From positions 456,705-480,704 of the forward strand of contig NZ_CBXV010000008.1 of the NCBI RefSeq assembly GCF_000820845.2: 24,000 nucleotides of DNA, read 5' to 3'. A program made the translations under genes and the position numbers. Below the pieces are notes generated by a model. It was not told the origin of the DNA and did no database searches. It worked only from the letters and a program-made list of their open reading frames with translations. Positions 1 through 6,914 of the stretch are shown piece by piece; the first letter of the stretch is position 1; each line of letters opens with the position of its first letter. Source of the stretch: Pyrinomonas methylaliphatogenes. GTDB lineage: Bacteria; Acidobacteriota; Blastocatellia; Pyrinomonadales; Pyrinomonadaceae.

Positions 1-194
1 TCGGCGAGCGCGCCGTGGTAGAGGTGCTGATCTTTGGTCGAAAGTTGGATCAGCCCATCGAGCAGCAGGACGCGCCCGAAATCGAAAGTCTCGACGACCT
101 CGATCCGCTGGTAGGAGGAGCGCGCGCGGTAGAGCCTCTTTTTCAGGCGCAACCGAACCTCGAAGGTCGGCGTAACCTTTTCCGTCAACCACAT
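1..194 (-). CDS. speE: spermidine synthase (aminopropyltransferase), N-terminal part; CDS runs off the left edge
   Basis: My own minus-strand translation from ATG 194..192 gives MWLTEKVTPTFEVRLRLKKRLYRARSSYQRIEVVETFDFGRVLLLDGLIQLSTKDQHLYHGALA. This fits the SpeE N-terminal pattern (S.YQ.I.V.E...FG..L.LDG..Q....D...YHE.L). It is absent from the ORF track because there is no stop inside the window. The ATG overlaps the speH stop (ATGTGGTTGA, 10-nt overlap), which suggests translational coupling. Confidence 0.8.
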   Translation of the reverse strand, partial: MWLTEKVTPTFEVRLRLKKRLYRARSSYQRIEVVETFDFGRVLLLDGLIQLSTKDQHLYHGALA

Positions 195-583
195 CGCGCT
201 TGCGCTACCGGCCTCTCCTCCGCTGGGATCCTGTGCCTGATGAGTCCGCGCTCGACGAGCGTCGCCTTATGCTCACCGGCGGCAAGGCGGCGCGCAACCA
301 ATCTCATGATCAAATACGGATCCACAGTTTCGCCGCAGGTGAAGATATCGAGCGCGGCATAGCCATACTCAGGCCACGTGTGAATGGCGATATGACTTTC
401 AGCGATGACGACGACGCCGCTGACGCCTTGCGGGCTGAATTTGTGAAGCACCGCATCGATGATCGTGGCATTCGCTTGTTGTGCGGCATCGAGTAGGGCT
501 TGTTTGACAAGCGTGGCATCGTTAAGGAGATCTCTGTCGCAATCGAACAGTTCGACGAGAAGCTGCCTTCCGAGCGTTTTCAT
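185..583 (-). CDS. speH: S-adenosylmethionine decarboxylase proenzyme, small bacterial/archaeal (SpeH) class, pyruvoyl-dependent
   Basis: 132-aa ORF. The motif VVVIAESHIAIHTWPEYGYAALDIFTCG contains the E-S self-cleavage site and the HTWPE signature of class 1 AdoMetDC. It sits directly upstream of, and overlaps, speE. Confidence 0.9.
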   Translation of the reverse strand: MKTLGRQLLVELFDCDRDLLNDATLVKQALLDAAQQANATIIDAVLHKFSPQGVSGVVVIAESHIAIHTWPEYGYAALDIFTCGETVDPYLIMRLVARRLAAGEHKATLVERGLIRHRIPAEERPVAQARCG

Positions 584-640
584 CTGAACATAAACCCCTC
601 CCGCGTGAAGTCAACCAGCGTTGGCGCAGACGAATTTGTG

Positions 641-669
641 ATGATGGGCGAAGATGAAACGAATGTCAA
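641..669 (-). promoter_or_regulatory. candidate sigma70-type promoter for speH-speE
   Basis: On the minus strand there is TTGACA (669..664), a 17-nt spacer, then CATCAT (646..641), about 55 nt upstream of the speH ATG. The -35 is perfect and the -10 is weak. Confidence 0.25.
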
Positions 670-734
670 GCAAAAATGGGCCATTAGCGCGCCATCGCAC
701 GCGAAACGCCGAATGTGTTGGCAATGACTCGGCC

Positions 735-3260
735 TTAGCGGGTACGTTGACCGACCGGCTCGGTGCCGATCGTCCCGATGCCGTTCAAACGGAAGCTGAA
801 GACGAACCGGTTCTCACGCCGCAAACCGACGTTGAAGCTGAAGTTCTGCACCGTGATGGCGCAGCAATCGAAAGCGTAACCGAGCGTGACGGTCGAGCTG
901 ATGAGCGAAGAGTTCTTGTTAGGACGATTTTGGAAATCGAAGAAGAAGGAGGCGCCGCCGAAGACGCCCCGCTCGGTGTTGCCGACGAAGAGGGACGGGC
1001 TCCACTGCGATCCCGGCAATGTCCCCGGCTCCTTGCCGCGCTCATCGGCATACGGCTGCAAACTGGGCGCCAGCCCGATGGCGCGCGTGTAGTAGAAAGT
1101 CTGGTGGACCTTGATCGCCCGCCGATCCACGCCGAGCGTAAGCGCGAGCGCGCGCACGCCATCGCCGCCCGAATCGAGGTCGAGGCGGGCATCGGTGAAG
1201 AGATCCGAAAGCGGGCGGTAGCGCACCTCGAAGTTGATCGGCGAAAAGCGCCGCGGCGCGCCGCCGTAGCTGAAACCGGAGAAGGTGTCTATCGGATAGA
1301 ACTGATTCGGCTGCCCGCGCACGAGCGCCCCGCCGAAGAAGGGATCGAAGAAGTACTTGTTGCGAACGGTGATGGAGAGCGCTTCATACGGCTGCCCCTC
1401 ATCGTCTGACGCCTTGCCGGTCGGACTCATCGTCGATCGGCGCACGAAGAAGCGATTGACGATGCCATACTCGATCTCGTTCGTGTCAGCGATGGCATCC
1501 TTCTCATCGAAGATGATGATCCGGTTGAAGTCATCGCCGATCCCCGCGATGCGCCGATATGTGACGTAAGGTTCGATCACGTGGCGAAAGCGGAAAGAGC
1601 CATCATCGGCGCGAAAATCGCGCGCCAACGCTGGCGGGCGCAGATCAAGTTCGAACTCGCCATAATTGCGCACAAGATCGCGGCTCGTGACCTGCCGCGT
1701 CGCCGGGTCGAGCGAATTCGAGTAGTAGGTCGCGCGCAACCCAGTCATGATGGTCGCCGACCAGCCGGCGAAATAGAACGGAATGTCAAAGCGCGGGAAT
1801 AGATCTAACCGTTGCACCATCGAGGGCGTGACGATCGCGTTCTGTATCTTATCGCGCGCGAGAAGCGCTGGATCCTCAAAAGTCTCCTTGCGACTGACGC
1901 CTTCGAGACTGCTCTCGAGCGAGAAGTAGAGCGGCAGCCGTTCGAGCAGAGCTAAAACTGAAGGCCGCTTCTCGAACGAGATGCTCGGCAAGCGGCGCGT
2001 GCGTATGCTCACGCCGGAGAGCGTGACGGTCTGCGAATTGGCGAGGAAGTTCAAGCTATAATCGCCGAAGTTCCGATTGATGAAGATCTGCAGCCGCTCT
2101 TCGGGCGAGACCGCCTGCTGTATCGAATCCGAGAAGACTTGCCGAAAGGCCAGACTGGAAGTGATGTTCACGTCGGCGACGGCGAGGAAGCCATTGGCGA
2201 AGTAATGCACGCCATCGACGTAAAGGCTCGATCCGCCCTGATTCGGCGCATTGGGCCCTTCCTTTTCGCCGAAGATGCGATCTTTGACGGCGAAGAATCC
2301 GACGTTCAAATGCGAGCGTTCGTTAGCCCGCGTGCGCAAATCGGCACCGAAGCCCAAGCCGCGCGCCGTGTAGATGTCACCGCGCAGAGTCAAATCGGCT
2401 GAGCGCCCGAGCGTTAAGTAGTAGGCATCCGAAAAACGAAAGCCCTTGCTCCCCGAAAAGCCGAAGGTCGGCGTCAAAAACCCGGAGGCGCGATCACGCC
2501 TTTTGATCGGGATCGAGGCATAGGGTAAACGCAGCACCGGCAGCCCCTTCACGTAAAAGCCCGGCGCCCGCAAGCGCACGCGATCGTTCAGGCGTATCTC
2601 CACATGCCGCGCGCGAAAGCTCCATTTCGGCACCTCCTCGTCACAGGCCGTGACCTCGCCATTGACGATGATGATCGTATCGGCACTCACCTTCTCCACG
2701 CGCTCCGCAGTGAAGTAGAGCACAGTGCCGTCCTGCGTCTGACTGGTGAAACCGGTCGAGTTGACGAAGTAGCCCGTCTTCGTCGCATAGTTCCACTCGG
2801 CCCGCGTCCCCGTTATGCGCTGCGTGCCATGTTCGAGCTGTTGATCGAGGATGACCCGGCCCTCGGCGACGACGCGATTTTCGGCCTCATAAACGCTCAC
2901 CCTATCCGCCTGCAGGCGATAGACGCCGATGCGCGCATCGACATTCCCCTCATAGACGAAGACCCGCTTTTCGGGCGGACCGGAGACGGTGAACCTATCG
3001 GCATCGACCGTCAACTCTTCGCCCGTCGCCGCCCCTTCCGCTCTTACGGGCAGGCGCGGACGAAGCGATTGGTTACGGACCGGTGGATTGACGCTCGGCG
3101 TGTCGGTGATCGGATTGGTCACCCGCTGCTCGACCGGATTCTGCTCCTGCGCGAACGAAAATCCAAGAAAGAAGATCGAGATGAGACACGCGACAATGAC
3201 GTTGCCGCGCGAAGCGAGCGACCACTTCCCGATCTCTTCCCCGAACCTTGCGCGCGTCAT
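735..3260 (-). CDS. lptD: LPS-assembly outer-membrane protein LptD (OstA family)
   Basis: 841-aa ORF with an N-terminal hydrophobic signal/anchor (VIVACLISIFFLGFSFAQE). An OstA-like N-domain follows (VYEGNVDARIGVYRLQADRVSVYEAENRVVAEGRVILDQ...ITGTRAEWNYATKTGYF), then a long Gly/aromatic-rich region with alternating beta-strand character typical of a large beta-barrel. It neighbours lipid A genes. Confidence 0.75.
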   Translation of the reverse strand: MTRARFGEEIGKWSLASRGNVIVACLISIFFLGFSFAQEQNPVEQRVTNPITDTPSVNPPVRNQSLRPRLPVRAEGAATGEELTVDADRFTVSGPPEKRVFVYEGNVDARIGVYRLQADRVSVYEAENRVVAEGRVILDQQLEHGTQRITGTRAEWNYATKTGYFVNSTGFTSQTQDGTVLYFTAERVEKVSADTIIIVNGEVTACDEEVPKWSFRARHVEIRLNDRVRLRAPGFYVKGLPVLRLPYASIPIKRRDRASGFLTPTFGFSGSKGFRFSDAYYLTLGRSADLTLRGDIYTARGLGFGADLRTRANERSHLNVGFFAVKDRIFGEKEGPNAPNQGGSSLYVDGVHYFANGFLAVADVNITSSLAFRQVFSDSIQQAVSPEERLQIFINRNFGDYSLNFLANSQTVTLSGVSIRTRRLPSISFEKRPSVLALLERLPLYFSLESSLEGVSRKETFEDPALLARDKIQNAIVTPSMVQRLDLFPRFDIPFYFAGWSATIMTGLRATYYSNSLDPATRQVTSRDLVRNYGEFELDLRPPALARDFRADDGSFRFRHVIEPYVTYRRIAGIGDDFNRIIIFDEKDAIADTNEIEYGIVNRFFVRRSTMSPTGKASDDEGQPYEALSITVRNKYFFDPFFGGALVRGQPNQFYPIDTFSGFSYGGAPRRFSPINFEVRYRPLSDLFTDARLDLDSGGDGVRALALTLGVDRRAIKVHQTFYYTRAIGLAPSLQPYADERGKEPGTLPGSQWSPSLFVGNTERGVFGGASFFFDFQNRPNKNSSLISSTVTLGYAFDCCAITVQNFSFNVGLRRENRFVFSFRLNGIGTIGTEPVGQRTR

Positions 3261-3415
3261 CCCTCTTCCTTCGAATCGCGTGAAGGAACCCGAATGCTAG
3301 CACGCCGTTTCGGCTAAAGACAAACTAGGCCAGTTCGATTCCGAAGCTACGCGCACTCGATCAGCCCTCGGCGATGTGGGCCAGCCGCGCCCCTTCCCGA
3401 TGATGTCTCGCCTAT

Positions 3416-3443
3416 TTGTCACACCCCTCGGCCCTCGTATATT
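3416..3443 (+). promoter_or_regulatory. candidate sigma70-type promoter for lpxB, implying a very short or absent 5' leader
   Basis: TTGTCA (3416..3421), 16-nt spacer, TATATT (3438..3443). The -10 ends 11 nt before the lpxB ATG at 3455, and no Shine-Dalgarno lies in between. Confidence 0.4.
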
Positions 3444-3454
3444 TTCGTTTGGCG

Positions 3455-4642
3455 ATGGCGAGTGAGGCGCGTGAAACCTTGCGTTTGCTGATCGTCGCGG
3501 GCGAAGCTTCGGGCGATGCTCATGCCGCCGCGCTCGTGCGCGCCCTGCGCCAATCGGCGCCGCAGATGCGTTTCGAGCTGTTTGGTAAACCGGGCCACGA
3601 GATGCGCGAAGCGGGCGTGGAGTCCGTCACGCTGGATGACGATCTGGCGATCATGGGCGTCTTCGAGGTCGCGCGCGCGCTCCCGCGTTTCTGGCGCGTC
3701 TATCGACAACTGAAAGAGGCGGCGCGGCGCCGTCGCGCCGATGCCGCAATCCTCGTCGACTGGCCCGAATTCAACCTGCGACTGGCGCGCGCTTTGCGCA
3801 AGGAGAGGGTGCGCGTCATCTACTACATCAGCCCGCAACTTTGGGCGTGGCGCGCGCGGCGCATAAAGAGCATCCGTCGCGACGTCGATCTGCTGCTTTC
3901 GATCCTACCATTTGAACCCGAGTGGTACGCGGCGCGTGGAGTATCGCACGTCCGCTTCGTCGGACATCCTCTGGTCGGCGCCGTCTCGGCACGGCGCACG
4001 CGCGCGGAGTTCTGCCGCGCCCACGATCTAGATCCCGCCCGCCCGCTCATCGCGCTCCTTCCGGGCAGCCGTCACAAAGAACTTATACGCATCCTGCCGC
4101 CTATGCTCGAATCGGCAAGCCTCATCGAGAGAGACCGGCCCGATGTCCAGTTCGTCATCGCACTCGCGCCATCGCGCGCGCGCGCGGAGGCCGAAACGAT
4201 CATCTCCACTTGTCGTTTGAAACCGCGCATCTTGCGACTGGTCCAACATGAAACGCGCGATGCGCTGGCCGCAGCCGATGTCGCCGCCGTCACGAGCGGG
4301 ACGGCGACGCTCGAAGCCATGCTTCTCGAAACGCCGCTCGTCATCGTCTACCGCGAATCGCCAATCAACTGGCACACGCTCGGACGGCTCATTCAAACGG
4401 ATGATGTCGGACTGGTCAACCTGATCGCGGGCAGGAGGATCGCCCCGGAACTCATCCAACGCGATTTTACGCCGGAAAGATTGGCGCGCGAACTGCTCCT
4501 CTTACTCGACGATGAGAAGAACCGCTCGATGCGCGCCGAGCTGCGCGAGACGAAAGCGAAACTCGGTCCTGACGGCGCAAGCGAGCGCGCCGCTCGGATC
4601 ATCCTTCAAGCCCTTCGCGAATGGAGAAGCGGCGATCCGTAA
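3455..4642 (+). CDS. lpxB: lipid-A-disaccharide synthase
   Basis: The N-terminus MASEARETLRLLIVAGEASGDAHAAALVRAL matches the LpxB signature (i.vAGE.SGD). Length is about 395 aa from ATG 3455. The ORF-track start at TTG 3416 coincides with the putative -35 hexamer, so I prefer ATG 3455. Confidence 0.9.
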   Translation: MASEARETLRLLIVAGEASGDAHAAALVRALRQSAPQMRFELFGKPGHEMREAGVESVTLDDDLAIMGVFEVARALPRFWRVYRQLKEAARRRRADAAILVDWPEFNLRLARALRKERVRVIYYISPQLWAWRARRIKSIRRDVDLLLSILPFEPEWYAARGVSHVRFVGHPLVGAVSARRTRAEFCRAHDLDPARPLIALLPGSRHKELIRILPPMLESASLIERDRPDVQFVIALAPSRARAEAETIISTCRLKPRILRLVQHETRDALAAADVAAVTSGTATLEAMLLETPLVIVYRESPINWHTLGRLIQTDDVGLVNLIAGRRIAPELIQRDFTPERLARELLLLLDDEKNRSMRAELRETKAKLGPDGASERAARIILQALREWRSGDP

Positions 4643-4766
4643 ACGACGCCCCCGGTGACGGGATCTAACCGAACATCTGCAAGCTCAAGCTTAAACCGGT
4701 CGGTCCAATGCGATCGCTCTAACCGATCGTCTTTTGTCGATCGGCGCGCCCGTTTCGCGCGAGGCG

Positions 4767-5849
4767 TCACTGCATCTCCCGTTGATCTTCGGTTGAGGAT
4801 GTCGCAAGGCGCGCCTTCAGTTCCCGCACCTCTCTTTTGAGTTCTTCGACTTCGGCGCGCAGCTCGGGCAACCTTCCCCAAAGCGCGTTCAATCGCTTGT
4901 ACTCATCGAGCGGACGCGCCGGAATGCCCCACACGATGCCGCCCGGACGGACGATCTTGCCCGGCAGGATGCCAGCCTTCGAGCCGATGACGGCGCCGCG
5001 GCGGACGCGCGCGTGATCGCCCATGCCGACTTGGCCGCCGATGACGCAATCATCCTCGATGACGGTGCTGCCCGAAATGCCCGTCTGCGCCGCGATGACG
5101 ACGCGCTCGCCGATCTGCACGTTGTGCGCGATCTGGACCAGATTGTCGATCTTCGTCCCGCGACCGATGCGCGTCGCGCCCAAAGCGCCGCGATCTATGC
5201 ACGTGTTGGCACCGATCTCGACGTCGTCTTCGATGATGACCGTGCCGATCTGCGGGAACTTGCAGTAACCATCGGCGTCGCGCACGTAACCGAAACCATC
5301 CGCGCCAACCGAGACGCCTGCATGAAGCACGACGCGATCCCCGATTGCGACGCCATCGTAGATGACGACGTTCGGGTAGATGACGCAATCGTCGCCGATC
5401 TTCACGCCCGCGCCGACCGACACACCGTCGTGAATTTCCGTCCTTTCGCCGATGATCGAACCGGCCCCGATGCGCGCGTAAGGTCCGACGTAGGCGGTCG
5501 CCGCAATGCGCGCGCCAGGCGCGATGATGGCCGTCGCGGCGATCCCGGGCGCGCGCCTTTCGCGCGGATGGAGCACAGCGGCGATGCGCGCGAAAGCTAG
5601 TTTCGGTTGCTTCACCTCAATGCACGCCGGGGCGCGGCACGGCGCGCCCTCCGGCACGATCAAACAGGAGGCGCGGCTCTCGGCGGCACGCTCTATCGCC
5701 CGCTCGCCTTCGACAAAGGCGATCGCGCCTTCGCCCGCATCATCGAGGGCGGCGATCCTTTCGATCATCAACTCGCCGTCGCCCCGAAGTTTGCCGCCGA
5801 CAAGCGCGGCCAGTTCGACGACCCTCATCTTCCGCGCGCTCATTTGCAT
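4767..5849 (-). CDS. lpxD: UDP-3-O-acylglucosamine N-acyltransferase
   Basis: 360 aa. It has an LpxD-type N-terminal domain ([38 protein letters not shown]), a long left-handed beta-helix of hexapeptide repeats, and a C-terminal helical tail. AAGGAG lies 5 nt upstream of ATG 5849. Confidence 0.9.
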   Translation of the reverse strand: MQMSARKMRVVELAALVGGKLRGDGELMIERIAALDDAGEGAIAFVEGERAIERAAESRASCLIVPEGAPCRAPACIEVKQPKLAFARIAAVLHPRERRAPGIAATAIIAPGARIAATAYVGPYARIGAGSIIGERTEIHDGVSVGAGVKIGDDCVIYPNVVIYDGVAIGDRVVLHAGVSVGADGFGYVRDADGYCKFPQIGTVIIEDDVEIGANTCIDRGALGATRIGRGTKIDNLVQIAHNVQIGERVVIAAQTGISGSTVIEDDCVIGGQVGMGDHARVRRGAVIGSKAGILPGKIVRPGGIVWGIPARPLDEYKRLNALWGRLPELRAEVEELKREVRELKARLATSSTEDQREMQ

Positions 5850-5951
5850 TTACGCTCCTTTGTTCATACCCAAAGGGATCAAACTTCACGCCGCCTCAAC
5901 TGCGGATTCGAATCGCAAGCCGCGCTTCGCTCTGGCTCCCGCTGCCAAACA

Positions 5952-6737
5952 TCACTCGACCTCGGCTCGCGCCGCGCGCGTCCATCCGCGTTTGGATGAG
6001 CGTATGAAGCCGACAAGATGCGCAACGTTCCGATCATCCATCATCTCCAGCTCCGCGAGCGCCTGTTCGAGCGGCAGACGCGAGCGGAACAGAAGGCGAA
6101 AGGCGCGTTGCAGGTTCAAGCGCTCCGGCGCGCTCATTCCGCCGCGACGCAGTCCAATGATGTTCACTCCGCGGGCGCGCGCCGGATTTCCGTCCGTGGT
6201 GAAGAACGGCAACACGTCCTGCACGATCTTCGATTTTCCTCCGACCATCGCAAAGCGCCCGAAGCGGACGAACTGGTGCGCGCCGACGTTTGACGAAAGA
6301 AAGACGTGATCTTCGACCATGACGTGGCCGGCGAGCGCGACGCCGTTGGCGAAGATGTTATCGTCGCCGATCCGGCAGTTGTGCGCGATGTGCGCGCCGA
6401 TCATGATAAAGTTGCGCGATCCGATGCGCGTCGCCTCGTCTTCGCCGCAAGCGCGGTGAATGGTGACGAACTCGCGTATCAAGTTGTCATCGCCGATGAT
6501 GAGGAAGCTCCGTTCGCCGCGAAATTTAACATCCTGCGGTTCACCGCCGATGACCGCATGTTCGCCGATGCGGTTCCGCTGGCCCAGTCGCGTGAAGCGC
6601 TTGATGACAGCATGCGCGCCGATCTCGCATCCGTCGCCGACGACGCAATCATCTTCGATGACGGCATATGGCCCAACGTGCGCGGTAGGCGAAATTTCGG
6701 CGCGCGCGCCGATGATGGCCGTGGGATGCACATTCAT
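5952..6737 (-). CDS. lpxA: acyl-ACP--UDP-N-acetylglucosamine O-acyltransferase
   Basis: 261 aa. MNVHPTAIIGARAEISPTAHVGPYAVIEDDCVVGDGCEIGAHAVI shows hexapeptide repeats, followed by the LpxA-type helical C-terminal domain. It is upstream of lpxD on the same strand. Confidence 0.9.
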   Translation of the reverse strand: MNVHPTAIIGARAEISPTAHVGPYAVIEDDCVVGDGCEIGAHAVIKRFTRLGQRNRIGEHAVIGGEPQDVKFRGERSFLIIGDDNLIREFVTIHRACGEDEATRIGSRNFIMIGAHIAHNCRIGDDNIFANGVALAGHVMVEDHVFLSSNVGAHQFVRFGRFAMVGGKSKIVQDVLPFFTTDGNPARARGVNIIGLRRGGMSAPERLNLQRAFRLLFRSRLPLEQALAELEMMDDRNVAHLVGFIRSSKRGWTRAARAEVE

Positions 6738-6797
6738 ATCGCTTCAACGCAAGGCTTCGCGTCGGATGAAAAGCCTTTAATTTGCCCCGCCACAGCC

Positions 6798-6827
6798 TTG
6801 CCTTCCCGATCGGAAAATCATTATCAT
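6798..6827 (+). promoter_or_regulatory. candidate sigma70-type promoter for the radical SAM gene
   Basis: TTGCCT (6798..6803), 18-nt spacer, TATCAT (6822..6827). A small GCGCTC/GAGCGC hairpin (6833..6847) sits in the predicted ~80-nt leader. GGGAGGA lies about 11 nt upstream of GTG 6915. Confidence 0.3.
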
Positions 6828-6914
6828 GTCGTGCGCTCGATGAGCGCAAGTGAGGTTATTGTCGGCGATTTGAGATCTGTCGTGGCAAGCGTAACGCGGG
6901 AGGATTAAGAGCAA

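Noticed and set aside
654-3317. Plus-strand ORFs 654..1409 (251 aa) and 2604..3317 (237 aa) overlapping lptD
   Set aside because: They are low-complexity, Arg/Ala/Glu-rich antisense shadows with no Shine-Dalgarno or motif support. The minus-strand frame encodes a coherent 841-aa OstA/LptD-like protein.
4643-4766. Hairpin CCGATCG-TCTTTTGT-CGATCGG between convergent lpxB and lpxD as a bidirectional terminator
   Set aside because: It is a 7-bp stem with no U-tract on either strand after the stem. That is not enough to call an intrinsic terminator.
5506-6309. 267-aa plus-strand ORF bridging the lpxD and lpxA genes
   Set aside because: It is antisense to two well-supported hexapeptide-repeat acyltransferase genes. 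Its Ala/Ser/Arg-rich sequence has no domain signature.
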